From Mobula hypostoma (lineage: Eukaryota), in assembly GCF_963921235.1 (NCBI RefSeq), contig NC_086097.1:220660001-220724000 (forward strand): a DNA stretch of 64,000 nt, written 5' to 3'. A program made the position numbers and the translations under genes. This document shows positions 1 through 12,753 of the stretch, piece by piece (positions within the stretch are counted from its first letter, which is position 1; each line of letters opens with the position of its first letter). The notes under the pieces were generated by a model, which was not told where the DNA came from, made no database searches, and saw only the letters and a program-made list of their open reading frames with translations.

Positions 1-410
1 CATTTCAAGTCGCATGCCAGTGATATTAAACCCAATTCTGAATCGTTCGTCATCGGGGTCTGGTAGTGGCTGAAAGGGGATAGAGGTTCAAAATTCTGTG
101 CTTACATCAACTGTATATTAAATCATCAGAAGAGACCAGAATGGGGTTTGATTGTGACAACTATCTACACACTGCACTAAAAGATTAAAACACACATGAA
201 TAATCTTCACACAAGCAAGGTGCTGTAGGACAGCAAATTTCCAGCATCATTCACAAATTAGTATGACTTCAATCAAGTAGGGAACGCATGCACCAACGAC
301 AGTATATCGAAGTTCAAAGGAACAAATAAAACTGTTTACAAGTCAAATTTCCCATCATAAGAGACATTACTACTCGAGCAGGAATGATTTGTTTCAATAA
401 TGAGTTGCTG

Positions 411-1652
411 GACACAGTATATGAGGTATTGCTCCTCCAACCTGAGTTTGGCCTCATCATGGCAGTAGAGGAGGCCATGTATGGACATATCCAATGGGAA
501 TGTGAAGTGGAGTTGAAGTGGGTAGCAACCAGGAGGTCTTGTCTGTTGTGGCGGACAGAGCGGAGGTGCTCAACAAAGCGTTCCCCCAATCTGCGCTGGG
601 TTTCTCCGACGTAGAGGCCGCCGCACCGGGAGCACCGGATGCAATAGATGACCCCAACAGACTCACAAGTGAAGTGTTGCCTCACCTGGAAGGACTGCTT
701 GGGGCCCTGAATGGTGGCAAGAGAGGAGGTGTAGGGACAGGTGTAGCACTTGCGCTTACAGGGATAAGTGCCGGGTGGGAGATCCGTGGGGAGGGACGTG
801 TGGACCAGGGAGTCGCAGAGGGACCGATCCCTGCGGAAAGCGGGGAGGGGTGGAGAGGGAAAGATGTGCTTAGCGGTGGGGTCCTGTTGAAGGTCGTGGA
901 AGTTGCGGAGGATAATGTGCTGGATCCAGAGGCTGGTGGGATGGTAGGTGAGGACAAGGGGAACTCTGTCCCTGTTGTGGTGGCGGGAGGATGGGGTGAG
1001 GGCTGACATGCGGGAAATAGAGGAGATGCGGGTGAGGGCATGATTATTGACAGAAGGGAAACCACGATCCTTAAAGAAAGAGGACATTTGAGATCTCCTG
1101 GAACGGAAAACCTCATCCTCGGAGCAGATGCGGCGGAGATGGAGGAACTGGGAATAGGGAATGGCATTTTTGCATGTGGTGGGGTGGGAAGAGGTATAGT
1201 CAAGGTAGTTATGAGAGCCAGTGGGCTTGTAGAAGATGTCAGTGGACAGTCTGTCTCCAGAGATGGAGACCAAGAGATCGAGAAAGGGGAGAGCAGTGTC
1301 TGAGATAGACCAAGTGAATTTGAGGGCTGGGTGGAAGTTTGAAGTAAAGTCGATGAACTTGACAAGCTTAGCATAGGTGCAGGAAGCGGCACCAATGTAG
1401 TCGTCAATGTAGCAAAGGAAATGTTGGGGAGCAGTATCAGAATAGGTTTGGAGCACAGACCGTTCCACATAACCAACGAAGAGGCAGGCATAGCTGGGGA
1501 CCATGCCCCTTCCCTCTTCAGTCCTGACGAAGGGTTCCAGCCCGTAACGTTGACTGATCGCTTCCATGGATGCTGCCCGACCTGCTGAGTTCCTCCAGCA
1601 TGTTGCGAGTGTTGCTTTGACCCCAGCATCTGCAGAGTATTTTGTGTTTACT
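411..1652 (-). mobile_element. Penelope-like retroelement (PLE) fragment: minus-strand RT C-terminus plus GIY-YIG endonuclease (~411-1507), joined to an inverted plus-strand terminal repeat (~1508-1652)
   Basis: ORF 314..1660(-) contains PSYACLFVG, YIDD, LPFLD and KNAIPYSQF (PLE RT) and GVIYCIRCSRC..YVGETQRRLGERFVEH (GIY-YIG). The plus-strand terminal repeat has a hammerhead-like motif at 1519-1556. Confidence 0.92.
1519..1556 (+). ncRNA. Degenerate minimal hammerhead ribozyme motif in PLE terminal repeat (GAAA changed to GTAA)
   Basis: cagtc-CTGACGA-a-gggttccagccc-GTAA-c-gtt-gactg; stem I cagtc/gactg. Confidence 0.7.
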
Positions 1653-4157
1653 GCTTTCATTTACCCTATCTATACCCTTCATAAGTTTGTATACCTCTAT
1701 CAAATCCCCCCTCTATTTTCTATGCTGTAAGGAATAAACTCTAACCTAATTAATCTTTCCTTATAACTTTTACATCTTTCCTGTAGATAGGTGACCAAAA
1801 CTGCACACAATACTCCAAATTGGGTCCCACCAACATTTTATACAATTCTCTGGTACCTCACCAGTAGCTGAGGCTGATTTAAATATCTCTGCTAGGGTCC
1901 CTGCAATTCCTGCACTTGGCTTCCACAGGGTCTGAGGGAACACTTCGTCAGACCCTGGGGATTTATCCACCCTAATTTGCCTCAAGATAACAAACACCTC
2001 CTCCTTTAATCTGTACAGGGCCCAAGAGCTCTCTGCTGCTTTGCTCACTTCTGTAGACTCTGCGTCCATCTTCCGAGGAAATACAGATGCAAAGTAATTC
2101 ATTAAAGATCTCCCCATCTCTTTGGCTCCATGCATACATTACCATTCTGATCTTCCAGAGGGCCAATTTTGTCCTTTATAATCTTTTTGCTCTTAACACA
2201 TGTGCAGAACCCCTTAAGATTCTCCTTCATCTTGTCCACTAGAGCAACCTCATGATTTCTGTCAGCCTCCTGATTTCTTTAAGTGCCCTCTTCCATCTCT
2301 TATACTCCACAAGTACCTCATTTGTTTTTACTTGCCATGCTCCCCCTTTTTTTCCTAACCAGGGCCTCAATCTCTCTCAAAAACCAAGGTTCCCTAAACC
2401 TATTATTACCTATTGTTCTGACAGGCACATACAAGCTTTGTACTCTCAAAATTTCATCTTTGAAGGCCTCCCACTTACCAAATACATCCACACTTGCCAG
2501 ATCCTTTCTGATACCATCAACATTGGCCCTTCTCCAATTTAGAATCTCAACCTGAGGACCAGACCTCTCTTTTTGCATATTTACTTTGAAACTAATGCCA
2601 TTCTGGTCACTAGATACAAAGAATTCCCCTATATAAACTCCTATCACCTGCCCTGTCTCGTTCCCTAACAGATCAATTATTGCACACCCTCTTATTGGGA
2701 CTTCTACACACTGATGAAGGAAACTCTATTTTATACTTTATTGTCAAACACATTTTTCCCAAACACATTTGACAAACTATCCCACCTAGTCCTTTTATGG
2801 GAGTCCCAATCAATACGTGAAATGTTAAAATCACCTACTATCACATCCTAATGCTTCTTGCAACAGTTTGTGATCTTTCTACAAATTCGTTCCTCTAAAT
2901 CCCATGGACTATTGGGTGGTCTGTAATGTAGCCCTATTAACATGGCCATACATTTCTTATTCCTCAGTTCTACTTGTAAAGCCTCACTAATCAATCTCCC
3001 CAATCTGTCCTGACTGAAAACTGCTATGACATTTTCCCTGACTAGTAATGTCCCTCCTCCCCTTTTAATTCCTCCCGTTCTGTCATAACTAAAACAACGG
3101 AACCCTAGAATATAGAGCTGCCAGTCCTGCCCTCCTGCAACTAAGTGTCACCAATGGCTACAATATCATAATTCCAAGTGCTGATCCATCCCCTGAGCTC
3201 ATCTGCCTTTCCTACATACTTGCATTGAAATATATGCAACTCAGAACACTAGTCCCCCATGCTCAACCTAATGACTCCCGACTCTGTCTGAGGTTTTAAC
3301 ATGTCTCCACGACCACTCCACCATCTGGAAGTTCCCACCCCCCTGCAATTCTAGCTTGAACCCCATCCCCATGCAGTACTGGTAAACCTTCCAGCTAAGA
3401 TATTAGTGCCACTACAGTTTAGGTGCGAACTATTTCTTCTGCACAAATCCCAAGATACAAAATTCTGAAGTCCCCCCTCCTATACCAACAGCTTACCCAC
3501 CTGTTGAACTGCATGGCTCTTGCTATTTCTGGCCTCATTAGCACGTGGCACAGGTAGCAATCCTGGTATCACAACCCTGGAGGTCCAGACCTTAAACTTA
3601 GCACCTAACTGCCTGAACTCACTTTATAAAACCCAGTCACTCTTCCTACTCATGTCACTGGTACCAATGAGGGCCACAACCTCTGGCTGCACACCCTCTC
3701 AGGGACTCAATCTGTGATGTCCCAGGCCTTGGCACCTGGGAGGCAACATACCATTTGGGTATTTTGCACTCGTCCACAGAAACTCCACAAAAAAAAAACA
3801 ACCTGTTTCCCTAGCTAGTGAATCCCCAATCACCAGCGGACCTTTATTCCCCCCTTCCTTTCAAAGCCACAGAGCCAGAACCAGTGCCAAAGTCCCGACT
3901 TTCGTCTGCTACGGAAGTTCCCCCCCCCCCCATCCCAAACAGAATCCAAAGTGGAAAACCTATATTGAGGAGGATGGCCACAAGGACAATAAGCACTGGC
4001 TGTTTCACCCCATTTACCCTCCTAACCACCACCCAGTTTCCTGTGTCCAGCACCTTGGGTGCAACTACCTCTCTATGTCCTACCATCTCCTCAGCCTGCC
4101 AGAGTTCATCCAGTTCCAGCTCCAGCTCCTTATTGCTGAGTGTTGGAAGCTGCAGAG

Positions 4158-4360
4158 CAGTGGTCCCCAACCACCGGGCCGCAAAGCGTGTGCTACTGGG
4201 CCGCGAGGAAACGATATGATTTGGCAATATGAAACAATACGAGTTGGCTGCACCTTTCCTCATTCTCTGTCACGCACTGTTAAACTTGAACACCACCCAC
4301 CCCCCCACCGCCCCGTCAGCCGGTCCGCAAGAATTTTGTCAATATTAAACCGGCGCACAG
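4158..4360 (+). mobile_element. Non-autonomous hAT/Charlie-type MITE, right TIR lost
   Basis: Begins CAGTGGTCCCCAACC. Shares internal sequence with 46023-46803. TGCAGAG is repeated at both flanks (4151-4157, 4361-4367). Confidence 0.8.
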
Positions 4361-4675
4361 TGCAGAGGATGCTCTATTTGCAGGTGAAGTCATCACAGAC
4401 ACAGGTGGCTTCCGTGCCTTCCCATATCCCTGCAACAGGAGCATTCAACCACCCTGCCTGGCATCCCTACTGCTCTAACTGTGTAATTATAAAGGAAGCA
4501 AACAATAAACAAACTGGGGGGAAAAACTCCCTGCAGCTTCTCTCACTCAAGCCTCCCCTCGCTGAAGTCTTGAAGAGTTAAAGCATCACGTCTCCACTCG
4601 ACCACTCTCCACTCCAACAAAGGCCACTCAGCTTGCACCTGCCTTACGTTTCGTTGCTCTTGCTAATGAATCCCA

Positions 4676-5033
4676 GGGGTGGTGGGGTGGAGATACGTCT
4701 CGACCAAAGGAGGTGTAAGGCGCTCCTTCCCTCCGTCAGCCTGCAGGTCACTGTTCGGCATGGCGTGCATCTGCTTACCCACCCCCCCCAACCCCTGAAT
4801 CAGGGTCATGACACGCAAAGTCATGGAGCAGGTGGTGGATGGTCATATCACCAGCCCTGGATGTGCAATCAGTAACACCAGGCAGATAACCTCTGAAGAC
4901 TGGAGGTCACTCATCATGTAAAGACACAGTCCAGAAAGCAATAGCAAACCACTTCTGCAGAAAAATTTGCCAAGAACAATCATCGTCATAGAAAGACCAT
5001 GATTACCCATGTCATACAATACGGCACATAACA
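4676..5033 (+). mobile_element. Non-autonomous retroposon/SINE with RTE-like 3' tail
   Basis: 11-bp TSD AATGAATCCCA (4665-4675, 5034-5044). Tail motif GCAATAGCAAACCACTTC resembles RTE-clade 3' ends. Confidence 0.7.
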
Positions 5034-6981
5034 AATGAATCCCAATCTCTCATTGGCTGCTGCTCGAATGCCAAAACTCCCGCAGAGTGGTGCTTTTTTA
5101 ATGCAAACTCAAACTGTGAGAGTCACCTCTTCTGTCGTTCCTCATCTCCAACTGGCTGTTGCTCAAATGCTCGAAATGGTAGACAATTTGTTCAAGGCCA
5201 AATATTCAGTACCATTCAATACAACTTACTGATAAAACACTGTTTATAGCATTACAACTACAATTTTCCCAGGTGCCAGGGTCAGGGATGTTTCAGATTG
5301 CGTCCTAGATATCCTGCAGTGGGAGGGAGAACAGCCAGAGGTCATGATACATATTGGTACCAATGAAATAGGCAGGAAAAGGGAAGAGGTCCTGAAAAAA
5401 GACTACAGGGAGTTAGCAGGCAGTGAGTACAGGAATACAATGAGGTGGAGGATAAATGCATGGCAGGGATTCAGATTTCTGGATCATTGGGACCTCTTTT
5501 GGGCCAGGAATGATCTGTACAAAAAGGACGGGTTGCACTTGAATCCCAGGGGGACCAATATCCTGGCGGGGAGGTTTGCTAAGGCTACCGGGGAGAGTTT
5601 AAACTAGAATTGTTGGGGGGTGGGAACCGAACTGAAGAGACTGGGGAAGAGGTGGTTAGCTCACAAATAGAGAAAGCTTGGAGACAGTGTGTGATGGAGG
5701 ATAGGCAGGTGATAGAGAGGGGATGCGCTCAGACAGACAGTTTTTGATGTGTCCATTTTAAACGCAAGGAGTACTCTGAACAAAGCGGATGAGCTTAGAG
5801 CATGGATCAGTTCTTGGAGCAACGATGTGGTGGCCATTACAGAGACTTGGATGCTCAGGGACAGGAATTGTTACTTCAAGTGTCGGGTTTTAGGTGTTTC
5901 AGAAAGGGAGGCAAAAGAGGTGGGGGTGTGGCACTGTTGATCAGAGATAGCATCACAGTCGCAGAAAAGGTAGACGTCATGGAGAGATTGTCTACGGAGG
6001 CTCTGTGGGTGGAGGTTAGGAACAGGAAGTGGTCAATAACTTACTGGGTGTTTTTTTTTAAATAGGCCGCCCAATAGCAACAGAGATATCGAGGAGCAGA
6101 TAGGGAAACAAACCCTGGCAAGGTGTAACAATAATAATAGAGTTGTCATAATGGGAGATTTTAATTTCCCCAAATATCGACTGGCATCTCCTTAGAGCAA
6201 GGGGTTCAGATGGGGTAGAGTTTGTTAGGTGTGTTCAGGAAGGTTTCTCAACACAATATGTAGATAAGCCTACAAGAGGAGAGACTGTACTTGATCTGGT
6301 ATTGGGAAATGAACCTGGTCAGGTGTCAGATCTCTCAGTGGAAGAGCATTTTGGAGATAGTGATCATAATTCTATCTCCTTTACAATAGCATTGGAGAGA
6401 GATAGGAACAGACAAGTTAGAAAAGCGTTTAATTGGACTAAGGGGAATTATGAGGCTATCAGTCAGGAACTCGGAAGTTTAAATTGGAAACAGATGTTCT
6501 CGGGGAGAAGTACGGAAGAAATGTGGCAAATGTTCAGGGGATATTTGTGTGGTGTTCTGCATAGGTACGTTCCAATGAGACAGGGAAGTTATGGCAGGGT
6601 ACAGGAACCGTGGTGTACAAAGGCTGTAATAAATCTAGTCAAGAAGAAACGCTTACTGAAGGTTCAGAGAGCTAGGTAATGTTAGAGATCTAGAAGATTA
6701 TAAGGCTAACAGGAAGGAGCTTAAGAAGGAAATTAGGAGAGCCAGAAGGGGCCATGAGAAGGCCTTGGCGGGCAGGATTAAGGAAAACTCCAAGGTATTC
6801 TACAACTATGTGAAGAGCAAGAGGATAAGATGTGAAAGAATAGGACCTATCAAGCGTGACAGTGGGGAAGTGTGTGTGGAACCAGAGGAAATAGCAGAGG
6901 TACTTAATGAATTCTTTAAGCAATACACATCAAGGTTTCTGGTGAACACAGCAGGCCAGGCAGCATCTCTAGGAAGAGGTG

Positions 6982-7019
6982 CAGTCGACGTTTCGGGCCG
7001 AGACCCTTCGTCAGGACTA
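6982..7019 (-). ncRNA. Minimal type I hammerhead ribozyme motif with intact core
   Basis: Minus strand: tagtc-CTGACGA-A-GGGT ctcg GCCC-GAAA-C-GTC-gactg. All conserved core nucleotides and the GUC cleavage triplet are present. Confidence 0.85.
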
Positions 7020-8081
7020 ACTGAAGGAAGAGCTAGTAAGAGATTGAAAGTGGGAGGGGGAGGGGGAGATCCAAAATGATAGAAGACAGGAGATGAGGGA
7101 TGGAGCCAAGAGCTGGACAGGTGATTGGCAAAAGGGATATGAGAGGATCATGGGACAGGAGGCCCAGGGAGAAGGAAAAGGGGGAGTGGGGGGAGAAAAA
7201 CCAGATGATGGGCAAGCAGTATAGTCAGAGGGGTAGAGGGAGAAAAAGGAGAGAGAGAGAAAGAATGTGTGTATATAAATAAATAACCGATGGGGTACGA
7301 GGGGGAGGTGGGGCATTAGCGGAAGTTAGAGAAGTCAATGTTCATGCCATCAGGTTGGAGGCTACCCAGACAGAATATAAGGTGTTGTTCTTCCAACCTG
7401 AGTGTGGCTTCATCTTGGCAGTAGAGGAGGCCGTGGATAGACATATCAGAATGGGAATGGGGTGTGGAATTAAAATGTGTGGCCACTGGGAGATCCTGCT
7501 TTCTCTGGTGGACAGAGCGTAGGTGTTCAGCAAAACAATCTTCCAGTCTGCGTCGGGTCTCGCCAATATATAGAAGGCCACGTCGGGAGCACGGGACACA
7601 GTATATCACCCCAGCCGACTCACAGTTGAAGTGTCGCCTCACCTGGAAGGACTGTCTGAGGCCCTGAATGGTGGTAAGGGAGGAAGTGTAAGGGCATGTG
7701 TAGCACTTGTTCCGCTTAAAAGGATAAGTGCCAGGAGGGAGAACACTGGGGAGGGATGGAGGGGACGAATGGACAAAGGAGTCGCGTAGGGAGCGATCCC
7801 TGCGGAAAGCAGAGAGAAGGGGGGAGGGAAAGATGTGTTTAGTGGTGGGATCCCGTTGGAGGTTCTCCCTCTGTCCCTCTGACTATACCCCTTGCCCATC
7901 CTCTGGGTTTCCCCCCTTCCCCTTTTCCTTCTCCCTGCGCCTCCTGTCCCATGATCTTCTCATATCCCTTTTGCCAATCAACTGTCCAGCTCTTGGCTCC
8001 ATCCCTCCCCCTCCTGTCTTCTCCTATCATTTTGGATCTCCCCCTCCCACTTTCAAAACGCTTACTAGCTCTTCCTTCAGT

Positions 8082-8119
8082 TAGTCCTGACGAAGGGTCT
8101 CAGCCCAAAACGACGACTG
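8082..8119 (+). ncRNA. Degenerate hammerhead motif (GAAA to AAAA, GTC to GAC)
   Basis: tagtc-CTGACGA-a-gggtctcagccc-AAAA-c-gac-gactg. Confidence 0.7.
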
Positions 8120-10279
8120 TACCTCTTCCTAGAGATGCTGCCTGGCCTGCTGCATTCACCAGCAACTTTGATGTGTGTTGCTTGAATTTACAGCATCTGC
8201 AGAATTCCTCGTGTTTGCGTAATGAATACTTTACTTCAGTATTCACTGTGGAAATGGATCTTGGTGATTGCAGTGATGACTTGCAGCAGACTGAAAAGCT
8301 TGAGCATGTAGATATTAAGAAAGAGGATGTGCTGGAGCTTTTGGAAAGCATCAAGTTGGATAAGTTGCTGGGAATGGATGAAATGTACCCCAGGGTACTG
8401 TGGGAGGTGAGGGAGGAGATTGCTGAGCCTCTGGCGATGATCTTTGAATCATCAATGGGGTTGGGAGAGGTTCCGGAGGATTAAAGGATGTTCAAGGAGG
8501 GAGTAGAGATAGCCCAGGAAATTATAAACCAGTGAGTCTTACTTCAGTGGTTGGTAAGTTGATGGAGAAGATCCTGAGAGGCAGGACTTACGAACATTTG
8601 GAGAGGTATAATACTGTATGATTAGGAATAGTCAGCATGGCTTTGTCAAGTGCAGGTCGTGCCTCACGAGCCTGAATGAATTTTTTTGAGGATGTGACTA
8701 AACACATTGATGATGGTAGACCAGTAGATGTAGTGTATATGGATTTCAGCAAGGCATTTGATAAGGTACCCCATGCAAGGCTTATTGAGAAAGTAAGGAG
8801 GCATGGGATCCAAGGGGACATTGCTTTGTGGATCCAGAACTGGCTTGCCCACTGAAGGCAAAGAGTGGTTGTAGATGGGTCATATTCGGCATGGAGGTCA
8901 GTGACCAGTGGTGTGCCTCAGGGATCTGTTCTGGGACCCTTTCACTTCGTGATTTCTATAAATGACCTGGATGAGGAAGTGGAGGGATGGGTTAGTAAGT
9001 TTGCTGATGATACAAAGGTCGGAGATGTTGTGGATAGTGTGGAGGGCTGTCAGAGGTTACAGTGGGGCATTGATAGGATGCAAAACTGGGCTGAGAAGTG
9101 GCAGATGGAGTTCAACCCAGATAAGTATGAAGTGGTTCATTTTGGTAGGCCAAATATGATGGCAGAATATAGTATTAATGGTAAGACTCTTGGCAGCGTG
9201 GAGGATCAGAGGGATCTCGGGGTCCGAGTCCATAGGACGCTCAAAGCAGCTGCACAGGTTGACTCTGTGGTTAAGGAGGCATACAGTGTATTGGCCTTCA
9301 TCAATTGTGGAATTGAGTTTAGGAGCCGAGAGGTAATGTTGCAGCTAAATAGGACCCTGGTCAGACCCCACTTGGAGTACTATGCTCAGTTCTGGTCGCC
9401 TCACTACAGGAAGGATGTGGAAATCATAAAATGGGTGCACAGAAGATTTACAATGATGTTGCCTGGATTGGGGAGCATGCCTTATGAAAACAGGTTGAGT
9501 GAACTCAGCCTTTTCTCCTTGGAGTGACAGAGGATGAGAGGTGACCTGATAGAGGTGTATAAGATGAGAGGCATTGATCGTGTGGATAGTCAGAGGCTTT
9601 TTCCCAGGGCTGAAATGGTTGCCACAAAAGGACACAGGTTTAAGATGCTGGGGAGTAGGTACAGAGGAGATGTCAGGGGTAAGTTTTTTTTTTACTCAGA
9701 GAGTGGTGAATGTGCCGATTCGGCTGCCGGCAATGGTGGTGGAGGCGGATACGATAGGGTCTTTTAAGAGACTTTTGGATAGGTGCATGGAACTTGGAAA
9801 ATTAGAGAGCTATGGGTAACCCTAGTAATTTCTAAGGTAGGGACATATTCGGCACAACTTTGAGGGCCGAAGGGCCTGTATTGCGCTGTAGGTTTTCTAT
9901 GTATCTATACAATTATTAGGACATTCAAGTAGATAGTGCCCTCCCGGATATACCTTGTAAACAATTAATCAAATCCTTAGATAGAGTTGACATAGGATCA
10001 GAAGACATAGAATCCTTGTGGGTAGAGTTAAGAAAATGCTGGAATTGCATGCAGCTAAAATAATTTTACAAAACGGGAAAGATTTTTTGTTGTACTACAT
10101 TTCATTATACCCTTCAATTAATAAACTTAAAAATAAGTGATTTTTCAATTTTCACTCTAAGTATTCAGAGTATGCATATTGCAAAAGAAAAGTGCCACTT
10201 AGTTTTTAGTCAGTATAAAAATTCCCTCCTCAGAGCAATAGTTGGTTTGCACGGCTGTAAAAAAAATTAGAGGGAATGT

Positions 10280-10737
10280 TGGTCACAAGAATGATCCCAG
10301 GAATGAAAGAGTCAACATACGAGGAGTTTGGTGGCTCTGGACCTGTACTCACTGGAGTTTAAAAGAAATGTGAGAGACTTCATAGAAAGCTATTTAATAT
10401 TGAAAGGCTTAGATAGAGTGGATGCAGAGAGAACGTTTCCCCATAGTGGGTGAGCCTCGGACCAGAGGGCACAGCATCAGGACAGACGGACATCCATTGA
10501 GAACAGAGATGAGGAAAATTTTCTTTAGCTAGAGGGTGGTGAATCTGGAATTCATGGTCACAGATGACTGTGCAATTTGAGGTAGAGGTTGATAGGTTCT
10601 TGTCTAGTAAGGGCAAAGGTTACAGGGAGAAAGTAGAAAATTTGGTGAGGGATATAACAAAGAAGCCATGTTAGAATGGCAGAGCAGACTTGATGGGCTG
10701 AATGGTTTAATACCGTTCCTGCTTCTTAAGGTCTTAA
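10280..10737 (+). mobile_element. CR1 3' fragment
   Basis: Degenerate LYSLEF..L.E..IL.GLDRVD region, agagggtggtgaatct motif and CR1-type 3' UTR. Confidence 0.8.
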
Positions 10738-11584
10738 TTAAATAACCACCATCAAATTATAATGGTAAAACTATATTATAATGAAATTTAAGCTTCGAGG
10801 TGACAATTGTATGCCTGTTAAATTGAGCATTACAACAGAAAGTCATAAAATATTAACTTATGTAAACACTTTGCTACGAGCATTTGTCAAATAAAACTAA
10901 ATATTTCCTGAAGTTTAGAAAATCATGAGATCTGACGGATTACTTTTGAAATGCAATGCTGCAAGTCAATTGTAATAGCAAATGTAAAGATTTTGAATAA
11001 TTTTTATTTCACATTTTGAACACAATCTCCAAATATACACTAAAATCCATGAGCACTGGACCTTGAAAAAAATTGCAAAAGAAAACTAAATTGGAATCTA
11101 CTTGTACTGACATGCTGTTCATTCTAAATACAAAAACCTTTTCTTTCCCCACTACAGGTTCTTATTTGTAAAGCTTCTGAAAGCATGAGAAATTTTCACA
11201 ACGACAACCAAATACAGGGAACACAATGAACAGGATTCCCAATCTGAATTCTACATTTTTTCTGTCATCAGGCTATTTCTCTCCAACTGGCAAAACCCAG
11301 GAATGAAGATGTCCTAGTGAAGACAGACAAACTGCACTTCCTTGAAAATGGCCTTGGCTGTGAACATTTTAATAACTTCTACCAAATTAAAACATTTGAA
11401 GAAGTAACTGAAGGAAGCAAGTTTATTAAAAGAATAAAACTTTCAGTTAAGACTCCTACGAGCCTTAAACGTACACCCAAGTACAGATGAAATCGACTGA
11501 TCCTAAAAGGGTCAATCATCCACAAATTCTGTCAATTTGCTCATCTGTTCATCTACTTTGCTCTAATTTGTTCCTCAAATTTAC

Positions 11585-12745
11585 AGGAAGCGCACTCCAA
11601 TTTGCCTACCACTGCAACAGGTCCACAGCAGGTGCCATCTTATTGGCTCTTCACACAACCCTAGAACATCTGGACAGCAAAGAAACATATGTCATCCACC
11701 GCTTGGAATTCAATACCATCATCCCCTGAATGGTAATCAATAAGCTTTAAGACCTTGGATCCATACCTCACTGTGCAATTGGGTCCTCGATTTCCTCACG
11801 TGCCCAGTCAGTTCAGATTGGCGACAACATCTCCCCCACAATCTCCATCAGCACAGGTACATCATAAGGCTGTGTGCTTAGAGTCCTGCTCTACTCACTT
11901 TACACTTATGACTGTGTGGCTAAGCTCTGCTCCAATGCCATATGTGTTTGCTGATGACACCACTGTCACAGGCTGAATCAAAGCTGGCGATGAATCAGCA
12001 TACAAGGATATTGAAATTCTGGCTCAGTGGTGCCACAACAACCTCACTCAATGTCAGCAAGACCTAGAAGCTGACTGTTGACTTTTGGAGGTGAAAACCA
12101 AAGGTCCATGCGCCAGTTATCAGTGGGGATCAGAGCTGAGAGGGTCAACAGCTTTAAATTCCTCAGCATTGCAGAGGACTTGTCCAGGGCCCAGTACGTA
12201 AACACAATTACAAAGAAAGCGTGGCAGTGCCTCTAGATGTGTTGGAGCATATAGACTGGCTGCATCACAGGCTGGTATGGAAGCACCAATGCACTTGAAC
12301 AGAAAATCCTACAAAAAGTAGCGGATATGGCCCAGTCCATCACGGGTAATGCCCTCTCCACCACGGAGCACAGTTGCAGGAAAGCAGCATTCCTCATCAG
12401 GGATGCTCTCTTCTCACTGTTGCCATCAGGGAGAAAATACAGGAGCCTCATGGCTCAGACGACAAGGTTCAGGAATAGTTACTACCTCTCAGCCATCAGG
12501 CCCTTGAACCAAAAGGGATAATATGACTCAGCTTCACTTGCCCTATCATTGAAATGTTCCCACAGCCGATGGACTCACTTGCAAGGACTTCTCTCATGTT
12601 CCTGATATTTATTGCTTATTTATTTCTTTTTGTATTTGCACACTAGTTGAGTGCCCACATTGGAGCAGTCTTTCATTGATTCTATTATGGATTTATTGAG
12701 AATGCCCACAAGGAAATTAGTCACAGGAATGTATGTGGTGACATC
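11585..12745 (+). mobile_element. Rex1/Babar-type LINE 3' fragment
   Basis: LQFAYHCNRSTAGAI..ALHTTLEHLD, FADDTTV, LFSLLPSGRKYRSL. Confidence 0.85.
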
Positions 12746-12753
12746 CAATTTAA

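Larger units (their letters stand above)
1655..5110 (-). mobile_element. Decayed, internally deleted CR1 LINE (ORF2, ORF1 and 5' region), interrupted by a hAT MITE and an RTE-tail SINE
   Basis: ORF pieces LMNYFASVF..DKSPGSDEVFP, NWRRANVDGIRKDLA, FREPWFLREIEAL; ORF1-like LELELDELW..TGNWVVVRR. Confidence 0.85.
6919..8219. mobile_element. PLE insertion with inverted terminal repeats: minus arm ~6919-7862 including GIY-YIG C-terminus, plus arm ~7863-8219
   Basis: ORF 7316..7642(-) GVIYCVPCSR..YIGETRRRL. 14-bp TSD with one mismatch: TAATGAATTCTTTA 6905-6918 and TAATGAATACTTTA 8220-8233. The CR1 reading LNEYF.SVF resumes across the insertion. Confidence 0.93.
5266..9907 (+). mobile_element. CR1 LINE, 5'-truncated within ORF1, frameshifted ORF2 (endonuclease + RT), interrupted by a PLE at 6919-8219
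   Basis: ORF1 SGNH-like HIGTNE..DGLHLN..GTNILA. Endonuclease NARS..DVVAITETW and GDSDHNSISF. RT SGVPQGSVLGP..KFADDTK. 3' tail TTCTATGTATCTA. Possible TSD TACAATT (5259-5265, 9908-9914). Confidence 0.93.

Noticed and set aside
682..1629. 315-aa Ser/Pro-rich ORF and similar ORFs (518..1006, 53140..53673)
   Set aside because: Alternate-frame or antisense shadows of PLE sequence
314..1660. 448-aa ORF as an intact or novel gene
   Set aside because: It is a chimera of the antisense terminal repeat, a partial PLE RT/endonuclease and flank. It lacks the RT N-terminus and frameshifts near the end.
4676..4830. HDV-like ribozyme at the SINE head
   Set aside because: Could not assign the nested P1/P1.1/P2/P3 pseudoknot or J4/2 by eye
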